Positions 49,755 to 60,139 of a stretch of 64,000 nucleotides of DNA are shown piece after piece. The DNA lies in the NCBI GenBank assembly GCA_018652625.1, contig JABIBT010000021.1, forward strand, positions 14,502 to 78,501, read 5' to 3'. The position numbers were made by a program, and so were the translations under genes. The stretch's first letter is position 1; each line of letters starts with the position of its first letter. The DNA comes from Candidatus Woesearchaeota archaeon (GTDB lineage Archaea; Nanobdellota; Nanobdellia; SCGC-AAA011-G17; PNOQ01). A model generated the notes under the pieces. The model did no database searches, had not been told where the DNA came from, and saw nothing but the letters and a program-made list of their open reading frames with translations.

Positions 49755-50970
49755 AATTTTCTTTAAATCTCTTATAGAAAATATTGAAGTTAAACTCTTT
49801 TTTTACTCTATTTTGTGCTTTTTTTGTTAATTTATCAAATGATTTTTTATCTGTTTTATATTTTACAAATAACTCTTCGAAGGTGTTTTTTATTTTCAAT
49901 TTGTTTCTTCTGTTAACTAGAATTCCATCTTCCCCGTCTTTTATTAGTTCTGGAGGTCCTCCATTATCTGAAGCTACTACAAAACATCTTGAACCCATTG
50001 ACTCTAAAATTGTCAAAGGTCCGCCAGTTTCTTTATCTCCTAGAAATGAGAATACGTTTGCTGAGTTAAATAAATCGTATAGCACTTCATCTGGAATGAA
50101 TCCTAGGACATGTATATTTTTTGCTTTTTTACTTATGTCCTTTATTTGATCATATAATTCTCCTTTTCCACCAATTAATAATTTTACATTTGGCATATTT
50201 CTTAACTCTCTTGTTGCAGCCATTAATTCTAGAATACCTTTACTCTTTTCTAATCTAGACTGAGATAGAATAATAAAATCGCCTTCTTTTAAATCTAAGT
50301 TGAATTCTTTGTTTATTATTTCTCTTGAGGCCTTTTTGCTTTTCTTAGACAATTTTTTTGTATCTATGTACATTTGTAATCCGTTATACGCATCTTTTCT
50401 ATTGTAAATTGTGTTTGTCTGATGTGCTACGTATGCAGATAGAGTTATTATTTTATGTGTCTTTTTTTCAACTATGAATCTATCTATCTTTCTCCAATTA
50501 TTTAGAAATTTTGAATATAATCCAAATTTTTTATCTTTTACATCTGTTGGTATGAAATTTGCCTTTACTTGTTCATTGTAGTAGAGAATCCTATCTGGTT
50601 CAAACGATATGAAATATATCTTGTTTTTTAATTTTTTTAGTTTGAGCATTTCATATACAATTAAAGAACCTGGAAAATTAGTAAATACTATCTTATCATC
50701 TTCTTTTAATGTCATTAATATTCTTTCTGCCAATAGTTTAGAATAAGCTCTTATTTTTGGATTTACTTTGAAACCGAGTAAATTACTCAAAGGAATGTTT
50801 TTTACCCTTAAATGAAAGAAATTGTCTACCGTTTCATCTAGATCTGGTTCAAAGAGTGTAAATATTTTAGAATCTATTTTATTTTTTAGTAATGTCCCAT
50901 GTATATCTAACATTACTTTTTCTGCTCCGCCATATACATTGAATAATGGATGAATAAAGATGTAACCCAT
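49747..50970 (-). CDS. GT4 glycosyltransferase
   Basis: GGAEKV, RLEKSKG, ETGGPLTILESMG, GGPPE. Confidence 0.85.
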   Translation of the reverse strand: MGYIFIHPLFNVYGGAEKVMLDIHGTLLKNKIDSKIFTLFEPDLDETVDNFFHLRVKNIPLSNLLGFKVNPKIRAYSKLLAERILMTLKEDDKIVFTNFPGSLIVYEMLKLKKLKNKIYFISFEPDRILYYNEQVKANFIPTDVKDKKFGLYSKFLNNWRKIDRFIVEKKTHKIITLSAYVAHQTNTIYNRKDAYNGLQMYIDTKKLSKKSKKASREIINKEFNLDLKEGDFIILSQSRLEKSKGILELMAATRELRNMPNVKLLIGGKGELYDQIKDISKKAKNIHVLGFIPDEVLYDLFNSANVFSFLGDKETGGPLTILESMGSRCFVVASDNGGPPELIKDGEDGILVNRRNKLKIKNTFEELFVKYKTDKKSFDKLTKKAQNRVKKEFNFNIFYKRFKENFT

Positions 50971-51015
50971 AAAAAAGGAAAATTGATAAATCTTAAAAAG
51001 CTTATGGTAGAAAAG

Positions 51016-52020
51016 TCATTTGATAGATTTTATTACTTCTTTTACAGTTATTGATTTTATTGGGTTTATTCTTTTATTTGTTATGTTTCCATATATGTCA
51101 TATGTTGGCCTTTTTAGCTTCCAGTAATACTTGGAACCTTTATTTAATGGTGCCAGTACCTTTGGATTTGTTGGCCCAAAAAGACTTATTATTTTATTGT
51201 TTACTGCAGACGCAATATGCATTGGGCCAGAATCATTTGTTAATACAATATTTGCTTTTCTCATTATTTCTGCTGTTTCATGCAAGGTAGTGTTTCCTAT
51301 TAGAGAAAGAACTTTGATTTTACTTAGTATTTTTTTCTCTATTTTTTTATCTGTTTCCCCACCTAAAAGGATTATTTTATACTTTAATCTTAGTTTTTTT
51401 ATTAATTCTATATAATTTTCTGTTGGCCAAACTTTTAGAGAAAGTCTTTGTCCTATATTCTGCCCTCCGCCTGGACAGATTACTAACACTTTTTTGCTTT
51501 TCAATTTATTGTCTTTCCAGAATTTATTTGCAAAAACTTTATCTTCTTCTGTTGGAAAAACCCCCATCTTTGTGTCTTTATAGTCTACTGGGTTTATTTT
51601 ATTTAATAATTCTAAATATGCTAGAATATCATGCTTGTTTTGAAAATAATCAACTTTTTTTGTTAGGAAAATTCCATCTTTTTTTAGTCTATTAAATCCT
51701 ATTCTTGTTTTTATACTGGTTAATTTTGCTGTCAAATTGAATATTTTATGTTTATCTAGTACAAATATTAAATCATAGTTTTGTTTTTTTATATTTCTTG
51801 TTAGTTTTAGCCATCTTAAGATTCTTTTATTTGTTATTATTCTTTCATTGAATTTAATTATTTTATCAATATTTTTGTTATTCTTTAAAATTTGAGATGA
51901 AGATTCTCCAACTAAGTAATGTATTTTTGCTTTTGGAAATGCTTTTCTTGTTTGTTTGACTAATGGAGTAGTCATTAAAACATCTCCAATTGCTCCCATC
52001 TTAAAAAATAAAATTTTCAT
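51016..52020 (-). CDS. GT9 heptosyltransferase-like glycosyltransferase
   Basis: GAIGDVLMTTP, KVWP, NDSGPMHIASA..LFGPT. Confidence 0.88.
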   Translation of the reverse strand: MKILFFKMGAIGDVLMTTPLVKQTRKAFPKAKIHYLVGESSSQILKNNKNIDKIIKFNERIITNKRILRWLKLTRNIKKQNYDLIFVLDKHKIFNLTAKLTSIKTRIGFNRLKKDGIFLTKKVDYFQNKHDILAYLELLNKINPVDYKDTKMGVFPTEEDKVFANKFWKDNKLKSKKVLVICPGGGQNIGQRLSLKVWPTENYIELIKKLRLKYKIILLGGETDKKIEKKILSKIKVLSLIGNTTLHETAEIMRKANIVLTNDSGPMHIASAVNNKIISLFGPTNPKVLAPLNKGSKYYWKLKRPTYDIYGNITNKRINPIKSITVKEVIKSIK

Positions 52021-52063
52021 TAATTTGTGGAAAATTTAAATTGCTTATAAGTCTTATGAATTA

Positions 52064-52384
52064 TTAGCTTACTATTAGTATGATTCCTAGTATTATAGAA
52101 ATTACACCAAGTATTTCCTTTGTTTTTACTTTTTCTTTTAGAATGTATTTTGATAATAAAACGGTCCAAACGTAAACTAGAGAAGTTATTGGATATATTA
52201 TTGAAAGATTTCCGAATCTTAAAGCCAAGACTCCAAAAATAAGCCCAGCTCCAAATATAAGAGCTATGAGAATTAAATTTTTCATTAATTTTTTTCTTAA
52301 CATACTAACTTTAAGGAAAAGCATACTTAAGGCTCCAAAAATGCTTCCTATTAATGCCAAATACAATCCGGTGAAACTTATCAT
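52064..52384 (-). CDS. Small 4-TM EamA/SMR (ArnE/F-like) protein
   Basis: LSIIYPITSLVYVW..LKE; start moved to 52384 (ATGA overlap). Confidence 0.75.
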   Translation of the reverse strand: MISFTGLYLALIGSIFGALSMLFLKVSMLRKKLMKNLILIALIFGAGLIFGVLALRFGNLSIIYPITSLVYVWTVLLSKYILKEKVKTKEILGVISIILGIILIVS

Positions 52385-52719
52385 TTTTTGTATAAAATTA
52401 AAGTTATACCTCCCATTATTAATAAAAAACCAAAAATGTTGAACATACTTATTGTTTCTCCTAAGATAAAATAAGAGATAAGATAAATCCAAATTAGACT
52501 TAGAGAAACTATGGGATATGTTTTTGACAGATACTCATTTCTTAATGAAACAATAAAGAAAAATGTAGCTATGCCATATAGAATTAAACCTAGGTAAAGA
52601 TATGGGCTTAAAATAGAATCGTAGATTGTTTTATCGGTCATACTTATCTTAAACATAAGTTGTGCAAACGCTATGAATAAGGAAGCCAATATTGCTATTA
52701 AGATATTATTCTTTTTCAT
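52381..52719 (-). CDS. Small 4-TM EamA/SMR (ArnE/F-like) protein
   Basis: AQLMFK, LSKTYPIVSLS..LGETIS. Confidence 0.78.
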   Translation of the reverse strand: MKKNNILIAILASLFIAFAQLMFKISMTDKTIYDSILSPYLYLGLILYGIATFFFIVSLRNEYLSKTYPIVSLSLIWIYLISYFILGETISMFNIFGFLLIMGGITLILYKK

Positions 52720-54521
52720 TTTACTTCATAAATTCTAGATAATATTTGTCCATCTTTTTCGTAATTCCAAACTTCTTCTAAATGGTCATCCAACGATTCA
52801 TCCCATAAAGTTTCAAAACTATTTCTTTTTGGTAGAATAAATAATAAATCGAATTTTTTATATTCCTCTCCTTGGAGTGTTGGATCTACCCAGGTGTGTT
52901 GATTAAAATATGTAATTTCATTTGAATCTAGGAAATCTCTGTTTTCTGGAGTATCAAAGATAAGTAATGGATCAAATCTATCTACTATTTGTCCTTTATC
53001 ATCTAACCTGTATTCTGTTGTTATCCAGTCTCCGCTCCAAAAGAGATATTTTATTTTAAATTTTTCAATGTAATGTTGCCTTAGTTCTTCATTGTTACTA
53101 TACAGAATTATTGCTGCCGCCTTTACTCTTTCCTCCATGTCTAAGAAAGGATCGTTTTGAGCACGTCTGCTTACTAATACTTTTCTTCCAGTAAGGCCGT
53201 TTAGTGCAAAGCTTAATTCATTGCTGCTTAGAAAAACATCATTTACATCTGTGTTTTCTATTATGTATTCACTCATTGCTTCTAAATTTTCTGGAAGAGG
53301 GTTTCTACCTTGCTTTGCCCACATGTTCTCTTGAGAATACTCATTGAATGCCATTAGATTTAATGGAAGTAATAGTAAAATCAAAAGAAATGGGATTATA
53401 TTTTTCTTTATTTTTACTTTTTTTAAAATGAGGGTTAAACTCAACCCTATGAAAATGGTTTTTACTATTGGGATGAAAAAATCAGACATTCTTGTTGGAT
53501 AAAAATCTACTCCAATTAGGGGTCTTGTTATGAAAAAATGAAACAATCCAATTATTGCCGAGATTAAAAATACATTAATATATCTTGTAAGAGTATTCTC
53601 TTTTTTTATCAAAAATAAAGTTAGTATTCCTAGTATACAGAGTAATGATACGATTATATTTGATATTCCTGAAAAATTAAAGAATAATCCCTTGAATACG
53701 CCAACTACAAAGTCCTTTTGTGTTTCCCCATTGCTAAAATCTTTATTATTCCAGTCCAAATAGTTTTCATTTGTTTGTCCGTGATGTACAAAAATTGGTT
53801 TGAACCAATAAAGCTGTGCAATTATTAATCCTATAAGAATTAATATTCCAAATACTTTCAGGAATTTTATCATTGCTTTTTTATTTTTCAAGTTTCTGAA
53901 TATTCCAAAATAAAGAGTAGATACTCCAATTAAAATTGTTGAAGAGATAAAAGAAACTCCGTGGGAGATAGCACTTATTCCGTATATTATTCCGGTTAGA
54001 ACTGCATATTTGTAACTTTTTGTTTTTATTGTGTATAATAATGATATAAACACTAATGGCATGATGATAAAGGAGGTAAATGGAGTATACTTCATAATCA
54101 TTGAACTTTTTACTCCTAAAATTAAGAGAACTGTTGCTATCGCTATAAGTTTATTTTTGAATAATTTATAACTTACAAAAAATAGTGTAAGAAATGATAA
54201 TATTGAAAAAAGTACTGACATGGACAACATTGCAGTTATTCCACTTAAAAAAAATATATTTGAGAAAACTGCTACAAGTAAGGCATAGAATGGAAGGTAC
54301 CCTGGAAGTCCTTCTAGAACATTTGACCCTCCGAAAATATCTCCCCCATATTTTATATGGTTAATTCCTCCAAGTTGGTAATAATAATCTCCCCCATAGA
54401 TTGGACTGGGTAATTGATTTAAGCTTAATAGAAAAGGGATTATAACAGCAACATACAATACTATGCAAAGAATTAACAAATAGTTTATTTTATCTTTATT
54501 AAACTTATCAAGTATTTTCAT
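52716..54521 (-). CDS. Multi-TM GT-C-like membrane glycosyltransferase
   Basis: Acidic first external loop (GGDYYY), about 11 TM, soluble C-terminal domain; between GT2 and SMR pair. Confidence 0.55.
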   Translation of the reverse strand: MKILDKFNKDKINYLLILCIVLYVAVIIPFLLSLNQLPSPIYGGDYYYQLGGINHIKYGGDIFGGSNVLEGLPGYLPFYALLVAVFSNIFFLSGITAMLSMSVLFSILSFLTLFFVSYKLFKNKLIAIATVLLILGVKSSMIMKYTPFTSFIIMPLVFISLLYTIKTKSYKYAVLTGIIYGISAISHGVSFISSTILIGVSTLYFGIFRNLKNKKAMIKFLKVFGILILIGLIIAQLYWFKPIFVHHGQTNENYLDWNNKDFSNGETQKDFVVGVFKGLFFNFSGISNIIVSLLCILGILTLFLIKKENTLTRYINVFLISAIIGLFHFFITRPLIGVDFYPTRMSDFFIPIVKTIFIGLSLTLILKKVKIKKNIIPFLLILLLLPLNLMAFNEYSQENMWAKQGRNPLPENLEAMSEYIIENTDVNDVFLSSNELSFALNGLTGRKVLVSRRAQNDPFLDMEERVKAAAIILYSNNEELRQHYIEKFKIKYLFWSGDWITTEYRLDDKGQIVDRFDPLLIFDTPENRDFLDSNEITYFNQHTWVDPTLQGEEYKKFDLLFILPKRNSFETLWDESLDDHLEEVWNYEKDGQILSRIYEVK

Positions 54522-54522
54522 C

Positions 54523-55383
54523 TTATAATTTGGTTCTTTTTATTATTAAATCTGCTATTAATGCCAATACCATTATCTGAAGACCCGTTAAAAATATCAT
54601 TATTGTTCCTGCCCCCACAGAGTTTTGAGTAACGAAATCTATACTTCCTTTTATGATACTAGAAATTAATAAAGCTAACCCCAATGGAGTAAATATTTTT
54701 AATGGATTAAAATACATAACTATCTTGAAGACTAGACTAATAAAACCTACAAAATCTCTTATTGGACTAATTGTTGATTTTCCTTCTCTTTTGAAATATT
54801 GTATTGGGATAAACATAACTGAATAATTGTTTACCATACTAGATACAGTTATTGTTGATGTAAAAGAAAATCCATTTGGAAATAAGTTCCAAAACCTTAA
54901 TGCTATATCTTTTTTGAATATTCTCAAACCAGAATTTATATCTGGGATTTTTTTACCAGTTAGGAATTCTGCTAGTTTTTTTATCATCCATTTAGCCGGT
55001 TTCCTTATTGTCGGTGCTTTAGATCCTTTTTTTGTTCTAGCACCAATGACCATATCACAAATCTTTGTATATTTTATTAATTTTTTTAAATCTTCAATTG
55101 GGTAAGTACCGTCTGCATCGGTTATTGCAATCCATTCTCCTTTTGCTTTTTTAATTCCAGTTTTTAATGAAGCTCCATATCCTTTGTTTCTTATGTGCCT
55201 CAAGTAAACTATTCCTTTCACATCTTTTAGAATTTTGTGAGAATTATCTTTTGAACCGTCATTAACTATGACTATCTCCGATTTTAATTTTATTCCCTTT
55301 AACGTTTCTTTTATTCTAATTATAGTATCTACAATTGATTTTTCTTCGTTGTATACGGGAACAACTACAGATAAATTTACCAT
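54523..55383 (-). CDS. GT2 polyprenol-phosphate glycosyltransferase with two C-terminal TM
   Basis: VPVYNEE, VNDGSKD, NKGYG, DADGTY, GAR, DINSG; start moved to 55383. Confidence 0.88.
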   Translation of the reverse strand: MVNLSVVVPVYNEEKSIVDTIIRIKETLKGIKLKSEIVIVNDGSKDNSHKILKDVKGIVYLRHIRNKGYGASLKTGIKKAKGEWIAITDADGTYPIEDLKKLIKYTKICDMVIGARTKKGSKAPTIRKPAKWMIKKLAEFLTGKKIPDINSGLRIFKKDIALRFWNLFPNGFSFTSTITVSSMVNNYSVMFIPIQYFKREGKSTISPIRDFVGFISLVFKIVMYFNPLKIFTPLGLALLISSIIKGSIDFVTQNSVGAGTIMIFLTGLQIMVLALIADLIIKRTKL

Positions 55384-57911
55384 TTTACTTTCCAAATATA
55401 GATGTTAAAACCATCCATTCCAGTTTCGTGGTGGAATAATTCAAACCTATTTAAGTTTTTTCCTTCATAAAAGTATAATTCTGTGAACATACTTCCTAGT
55501 AGCTCTGGATTCATCATCATAATTTGGGAATTATGTGGGAAATAAGCTGCTGCAGTATCTGCTACTGGATTTTCTGAGAGATATATATTTTCGTCGTCTC
55601 TATAGTCTAGAAAAATTTCTTCTCCTTCAGTAGTTTGTGCTTTGGCTATTCTTTTATTTTGATCTATGATTATTCCATTGCTACAATAGAATGTGTTATT
55701 TTGGTTTTGGCAACTTCCAATTCCAGAGTATCCAGGGTATGGAGCAATCCATTGATTTGCATCTTCTTCCGAGATACCTTTTAATTGTCTATAGGTTCTT
55801 TCTGCCTCTTCTTGAGAATATTCTAACCTATCCATTAGTATCTCCAATGCCTCTTCTTTTGGATTGGATTTGATTGTAGTATAAGCAAATGCTCTTTTGA
55901 AATCCCAGGAACCGAAATGTGCCCAAACTGCTGATTTTGATACCATATCTTGAGAGGTTATGAAATAATTTTCTGGAGGATTACAATGTGTTTTTTCTAA
56001 TATTCTATTAGGATTTTCAACATATTCTGATAATGTGTTTCTTGCAGTGTTTTCATCCTCTAAAATTATTCTATCAATTATTTCTTTTGTTAATAATGGG
56101 TCTTGTGTCTCTTCCAGCAAAAAATCATATGCATCATTAGCTCCACAATCTAACATCCTTAATATTGCAATTGCTTCTTCTTCATTATCTGTTAAAAGTA
56201 TTTTTCCCATCCAGTGGGCTTGTGGATTGTTTTGGGATGCCCCATCAAAAGTTACTTTTCTGTCTGCTATGGCTTTAAACCAATGCCCAAAATCCCACCA
56301 AGAATTTACTATAGCGTCCTCTGGTGTTTCTCTTTCTATTTTTGTTAGTGAATCATACCAAGCATCATTCATTGATGGTGCTTCCCTAATTGCCGTTTCA
56401 TTTGCAGATTTGGTTAATGGGACAAAACTTACTACAGTGAGTAATATGAGACATATCGAAAGAAGTTTTTTGCTAAGATCTAACTCTTTGGACGCCCATT
56501 CAATAATTAATGTGTATGCCTTTCCGAAGAAAATTCCTAAGCCTATTGCAAATACTGGAACCATAAACATAACGAATCTTACTCCCTTTGTCGTAGTATA
56601 TAATGTTACTATTGCCCATAGGATTAATAAGATTCCATATTTTATATCAAGTTGAACTTTTTTCTTTTTTAGAAATACAAAAAGTATACCTATTACAGCT
56701 ATTGCTACAAGTATTTTTCCTCCAAGTTGAGAAACAACACTACTCATAGAAATTTTGTTTAGTTCTGCTACTGTAGTATAAACATTTGGCCAAAGTGTTT
56801 TTTTGGCTGCTTCTTTTATGAATATTATGCTTGCTGGAGCTTCAAGAAATTTAAAGAAAGCTCTAAATCTCCCCATAAAAATGGACACAAATAATGCAGA
56901 GGACAATAAGTATATTGCTCCTGTTTTTATTAAATTTTTTGTTTTCAATTTTTTAAATATGTTTTTATGATACTTTATTAATAGATAAATGAAATAAACC
57001 CCCATTCCTGCCAAGATTATATCAAACATATACCACCACCCACTCCATGCGAATGAGAATATGCCGGTTAGTAATCCAGTTGATACTCCCAATATATATC
57101 TAGATTTATTAGTTTTAGCGGTGAATGTTTCCATAAATAACCAAATTAAAATTGATGAAAAGAAAATGCCATATGCATCTGTGTCTGCAAATCCTGCTGG
57201 AGTCCTTCCTAAAAAGGCGGGATGAATTGCTAATACGAATGCAGCTACCACGCCCCCAAGATTCCCGGATACTTTTCTTGCTATGAAGAAGATAGGGATA
57301 ACCGATAGTGTTGCAAAAAGTAGTGGGAGTATAAACATAGTTTTCATTAATGAATCATTTCCAAAGATGCTACTTATTTTATGAAGTATTGCTCCAGCAA
57401 AAGGATGAAAACTGTTACTTACTGGTTTTCCATTTGGAGCGTACATGTGATTGTTGAATGGTTGGCCATCTCTTATTTCATCACCAACATGTCCATTTTC
57501 TAATACATTTTTAGTTTGTCTGTAATAGTAATATGGATCTATTGCTAAGAGGTAAGTTTGACCAGAATCATCTTTATAATAATTTTTTAGTTGTTGTGAA
57601 ACTTGTTCTGTTTGATCGGTTATGGCTTGTTGGTTTGAACTAATGAACGCCTGGTACCTTTGACTTGTTAATATATCTAATGTGTTTTGATCAATGTCCC
57701 GGGTTTGGGACATTATCTCTGACTGTATTTGATTTTTTATGTTTCTTTCCATAGATTCTTCTGCTAGTTTGTCGGTCATTGGAAGATCATAGGTGTATGC
57801 TCTAAAGAAAATTGCAAAGAAAATAGGGATAATTAAAAGAAGAACAATGTAATATTTTTTGATGAACTTCTTTATCTTTTTAGTATCATATCTTATATCT
57901 ATCTCTTCCAT
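55377..57911 (-). CDS. aglB: Oligosaccharyltransferase STT3/AglB
   Basis: DPYYY, GFADTD, TVAEL, WWDFGHW, DMVSK motifs; multi-TM N-terminal half. Confidence 0.93.
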   Translation of the reverse strand: MEEIDIRYDTKKIKKFIKKYYIVLLLIIPIFFAIFFRAYTYDLPMTDKLAEESMERNIKNQIQSEIMSQTRDIDQNTLDILTSQRYQAFISSNQQAITDQTEQVSQQLKNYYKDDSGQTYLLAIDPYYYYRQTKNVLENGHVGDEIRDGQPFNNHMYAPNGKPVSNSFHPFAGAILHKISSIFGNDSLMKTMFILPLLFATLSVIPIFFIARKVSGNLGGVVAAFVLAIHPAFLGRTPAGFADTDAYGIFFSSILIWLFMETFTAKTNKSRYILGVSTGLLTGIFSFAWSGWWYMFDIILAGMGVYFIYLLIKYHKNIFKKLKTKNLIKTGAIYLLSSALFVSIFMGRFRAFFKFLEAPASIIFIKEAAKKTLWPNVYTTVAELNKISMSSVVSQLGGKILVAIAVIGILFVFLKKKKVQLDIKYGILLILWAIVTLYTTTKGVRFVMFMVPVFAIGLGIFFGKAYTLIIEWASKELDLSKKLLSICLILLTVVSFVPLTKSANETAIREAPSMNDAWYDSLTKIERETPEDAIVNSWWDFGHWFKAIADRKVTFDGASQNNPQAHWMGKILLTDNEEEAIAILRMLDCGANDAYDFLLEETQDPLLTKEIIDRIILEDENTARNTLSEYVENPNRILEKTHCNPPENYFITSQDMVSKSAVWAHFGSWDFKRAFAYTTIKSNPKEEALEILMDRLEYSQEEAERTYRQLKGISEEDANQWIAPYPGYSGIGSCQNQNNTFYCSNGIIIDQNKRIAKAQTTEGEEIFLDYRDDENIYLSENPVADTAAAYFPHNSQIMMMNPELLGSMFTELYFYEGKNLNRFELFHHETGMDGFNIYIWKVKW

Positions 57912-58065
57912 TAAAAGTAGAATTTTAGATGAATATATAAATGTTATGTAAGTTTTAGTTATATAAAGTTATTTAAAATAAATTATAATCTAATTTTTAC
58001 GTGAAAATTGATTGTTTGATTGAAGATTAATAAGTTTTATAAATTCTCCATTTGTCCTAATTTTT

Positions 58066-60006
58066 ATGTGTGGAATTGCTGGATATAATTTTGAAGATAA
58101 AAAATTGATTAAACGTATGATTGATCTCATTGCCCATAGGGGACCAGATGATAAGGGTGTTTTTTCTGAGGAAGGAGTTACCTTTGGTCATTTGAGATTG
58201 AGTATTCTTGATTTGAGTAAAAAAGGAAAACAACCTATGCAGAATAAAAATAACTTAACTATTGTTTATAATGGGGAGGTTTTTAATTTTAAGGAAATTC
58301 GTGAAAGTTTAGAGAAAAAAGGGTATAGATTCAAAAGTAACACAGATACTGAAGTTATTTTAAATGCTTACGATGCTTACGGAAAAGATTGTTTAAAATT
58401 ATTTAATGGGCAGTTTGCTTTTGTTATTTATGATCCCAAGAAAAAAATATTTTTTGGGGCCAGGGATAGAATCGGAATTAAGCCATTTTATTATTATAAT
58501 AAAGATGAAAAATTTATTTTTTGTTCTGAAATGAAGGGAATATTAGTTCATGAAATTGCAAAAAAAGTTAATAAAGATTCTTTAAATCGATTTATTGCTA
58601 ATAGGTATATTTCTGGACCAAATACAATTATGAAAGATGTAAAAAGATTGTTGGCTGGGCATTACTTTATCTATGATTTGAAATCTAATGAAATGAATAT
58701 AGAAAAATATTGGGATCTTTCTTATAATATTCAAAATAAGAGTGAGCAATATTTTGTTGATACGTTTAGAAAAGGGTTTGAGGAATCTGTTAAGAGAAGA
58801 ATGATTAGTGATGTTCCGCTTGGTGTTTACTTAAGTGGAGGAATTGATTCTAGTGCTATAGTTGGCACTATGAGTAAGTTTACTAAGGATATTAAAACCT
58901 TTTCTGTGGGATTTGGTTATGGGGAAGAAGTTGATGAATTGAAATATGCTAAAGAAGTAAGTGAAAAGTTTAATACGGATCATAAGGAATTTATTGTACA
59001 ATCTGATTTAATGAAAAATCTTCCTAAAGTAATTTGGCATGGCGATGAACCCTTGGCAGATCCTGCTTCGTTGCCTGTTTATCTATTATCTGAAAATGCT
59101 AAGAAACATGTAACTGTTGTTCTAACGGGAGATGGTGGCGATGAGTTGTTTGCAGGCTATGAACAGAATAAATTTCTTATGCTTAGAAATAAATTAAAAT
59201 ATATTCCTAAACCAATAAGACAGTTAGGGGTAAAAGGTGTTGAAATTGTTCCAGAGAAAATATTAAATCATTTCTTTGCATATTCTTCTAATATTGGAAA
59301 AGAAGGGAGAAAGAGATTTTGCAATTATGCTACAAATATTGATAATAAAGCGAAGGCGTATTTTGAGATTATGGGGATATTTAATGATAAAGAAAGAAAG
59401 GAATTATTTACTCATAATATGTTGTCTGATGTGAAGTTGTTTTCTCATATGAATAGAATCAACAAAACATATTATAATGATAAAAATAATTATTTAAACC
59501 AAATTTTAAAGTATGAGATAAAAGAACCACTCCCAGAAAATTTATTAATGAAAACAGATAAAGCCACTATGCCATATGCTATTGAAGCAAGAGTTCCTTT
59601 TTTGGATCACAAATTTGTGGAATTTTCTTCTACCCTCCCAACTCATTTAAAATTGAATAAGATTAAGGGTGGCGATAAATATATTTTGAAAAAAGCAATG
59701 CAACCTATTTTGCCGAGCAGTATAATAAAAAGACGAAAACAAAGATTTTATGTTCCAATTGATTTATGGTTGCAGAAGGAAGACATCCGTGGAATGGTTG
59801 ATAATTTATTGGATGAAAAAACGATAAAGAATCAAGGATATTTTAATTATAGTATAATTGAAAAGATAAAAAGAAACTATGGTGATTCAAAACTATTTTA
59901 TGCTAGACAAATGTGGTCTTTACTGAATTTCCAAATATGGAATAAAGTTTTTATTGAAGAGGATATAGCAAATAAGAAAGGCAAAATAAGTAATTTATTT
60001 ATCTAA
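58066..60006 (+). CDS. asnB: AsnB-family glutamine amidotransferase (probably sugar amidation)
   Basis: MCGIAG, HRGPD, NGE, ARDRIGIKP, LSGGIDSS, TGDGGDELFAGY, EARVPFLD. Confidence 0.88.
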   Translation: MCGIAGYNFEDKKLIKRMIDLIAHRGPDDKGVFSEEGVTFGHLRLSILDLSKKGKQPMQNKNNLTIVYNGEVFNFKEIRESLEKKGYRFKSNTDTEVILNAYDAYGKDCLKLFNGQFAFVIYDPKKKIFFGARDRIGIKPFYYYNKDEKFIFCSEMKGILVHEIAKKVNKDSLNRFIANRYISGPNTIMKDVKRLLAGHYFIYDLKSNEMNIEKYWDLSYNIQNKSEQYFVDTFRKGFEESVKRRMISDVPLGVYLSGGIDSSAIVGTMSKFTKDIKTFSVGFGYGEEVDELKYAKEVSEKFNTDHKEFIVQSDLMKNLPKVIWHGDEPLADPASLPVYLLSENAKKHVTVVLTGDGGDELFAGYEQNKFLMLRNKLKYIPKPIRQLGVKGVEIVPEKILNHFFAYSSNIGKEGRKRFCNYATNIDNKAKAYFEIMGIFNDKERKELFTHNMLSDVKLFSHMNRINKTYYNDKNNYLNQILKYEIKEPLPENLLMKTDKATMPYAIEARVPFLDHKFVEFSSTLPTHLKLNKIKGGDKYILKKAMQPILPSSIIKRRKQRFYVPIDLWLQKEDIRGMVDNLLDEKTIKNQGYFNYSIIEKIKRNYGDSKLFYARQMWSLLNFQIWNKVFIEEDIANKKGKISNLFI

Positions 60007-60084
60007 AACTTCTTTTAGTTTTCTTGATAGAATTGTTACATTTCTCTTTTCATTATATGTTGGAACTATAATAGATATGTCCAT
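59995..60084 (-). pseudogene. Truncated GT2 glycosyltransferase remnant (29 aa)
   Basis: MDISIIVPTYNEKRNVTILSRKLKEVLDK*, a textbook GT2 N-terminus with TATA 22 nt upstream; ends at the 3' end of asnB. Confidence 0.75.
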
Positions 60085-60106
60085 TAACGAGGGGATTAGA
60101 GTAAGG

Positions 60107-60114
60107 TATATAAA
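60107..60114. promoter_or_regulatory. Possible bidirectional TATA box
   Basis: TATATAAA lies 22 nt from the GT2-remnant ATG (minus) and 25 nt from the tRNA 5' end (plus). Confidence 0.45.
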
Positions 60115-60139
60115 TGTTGTGAAGGTTTTATAGGGTCAT

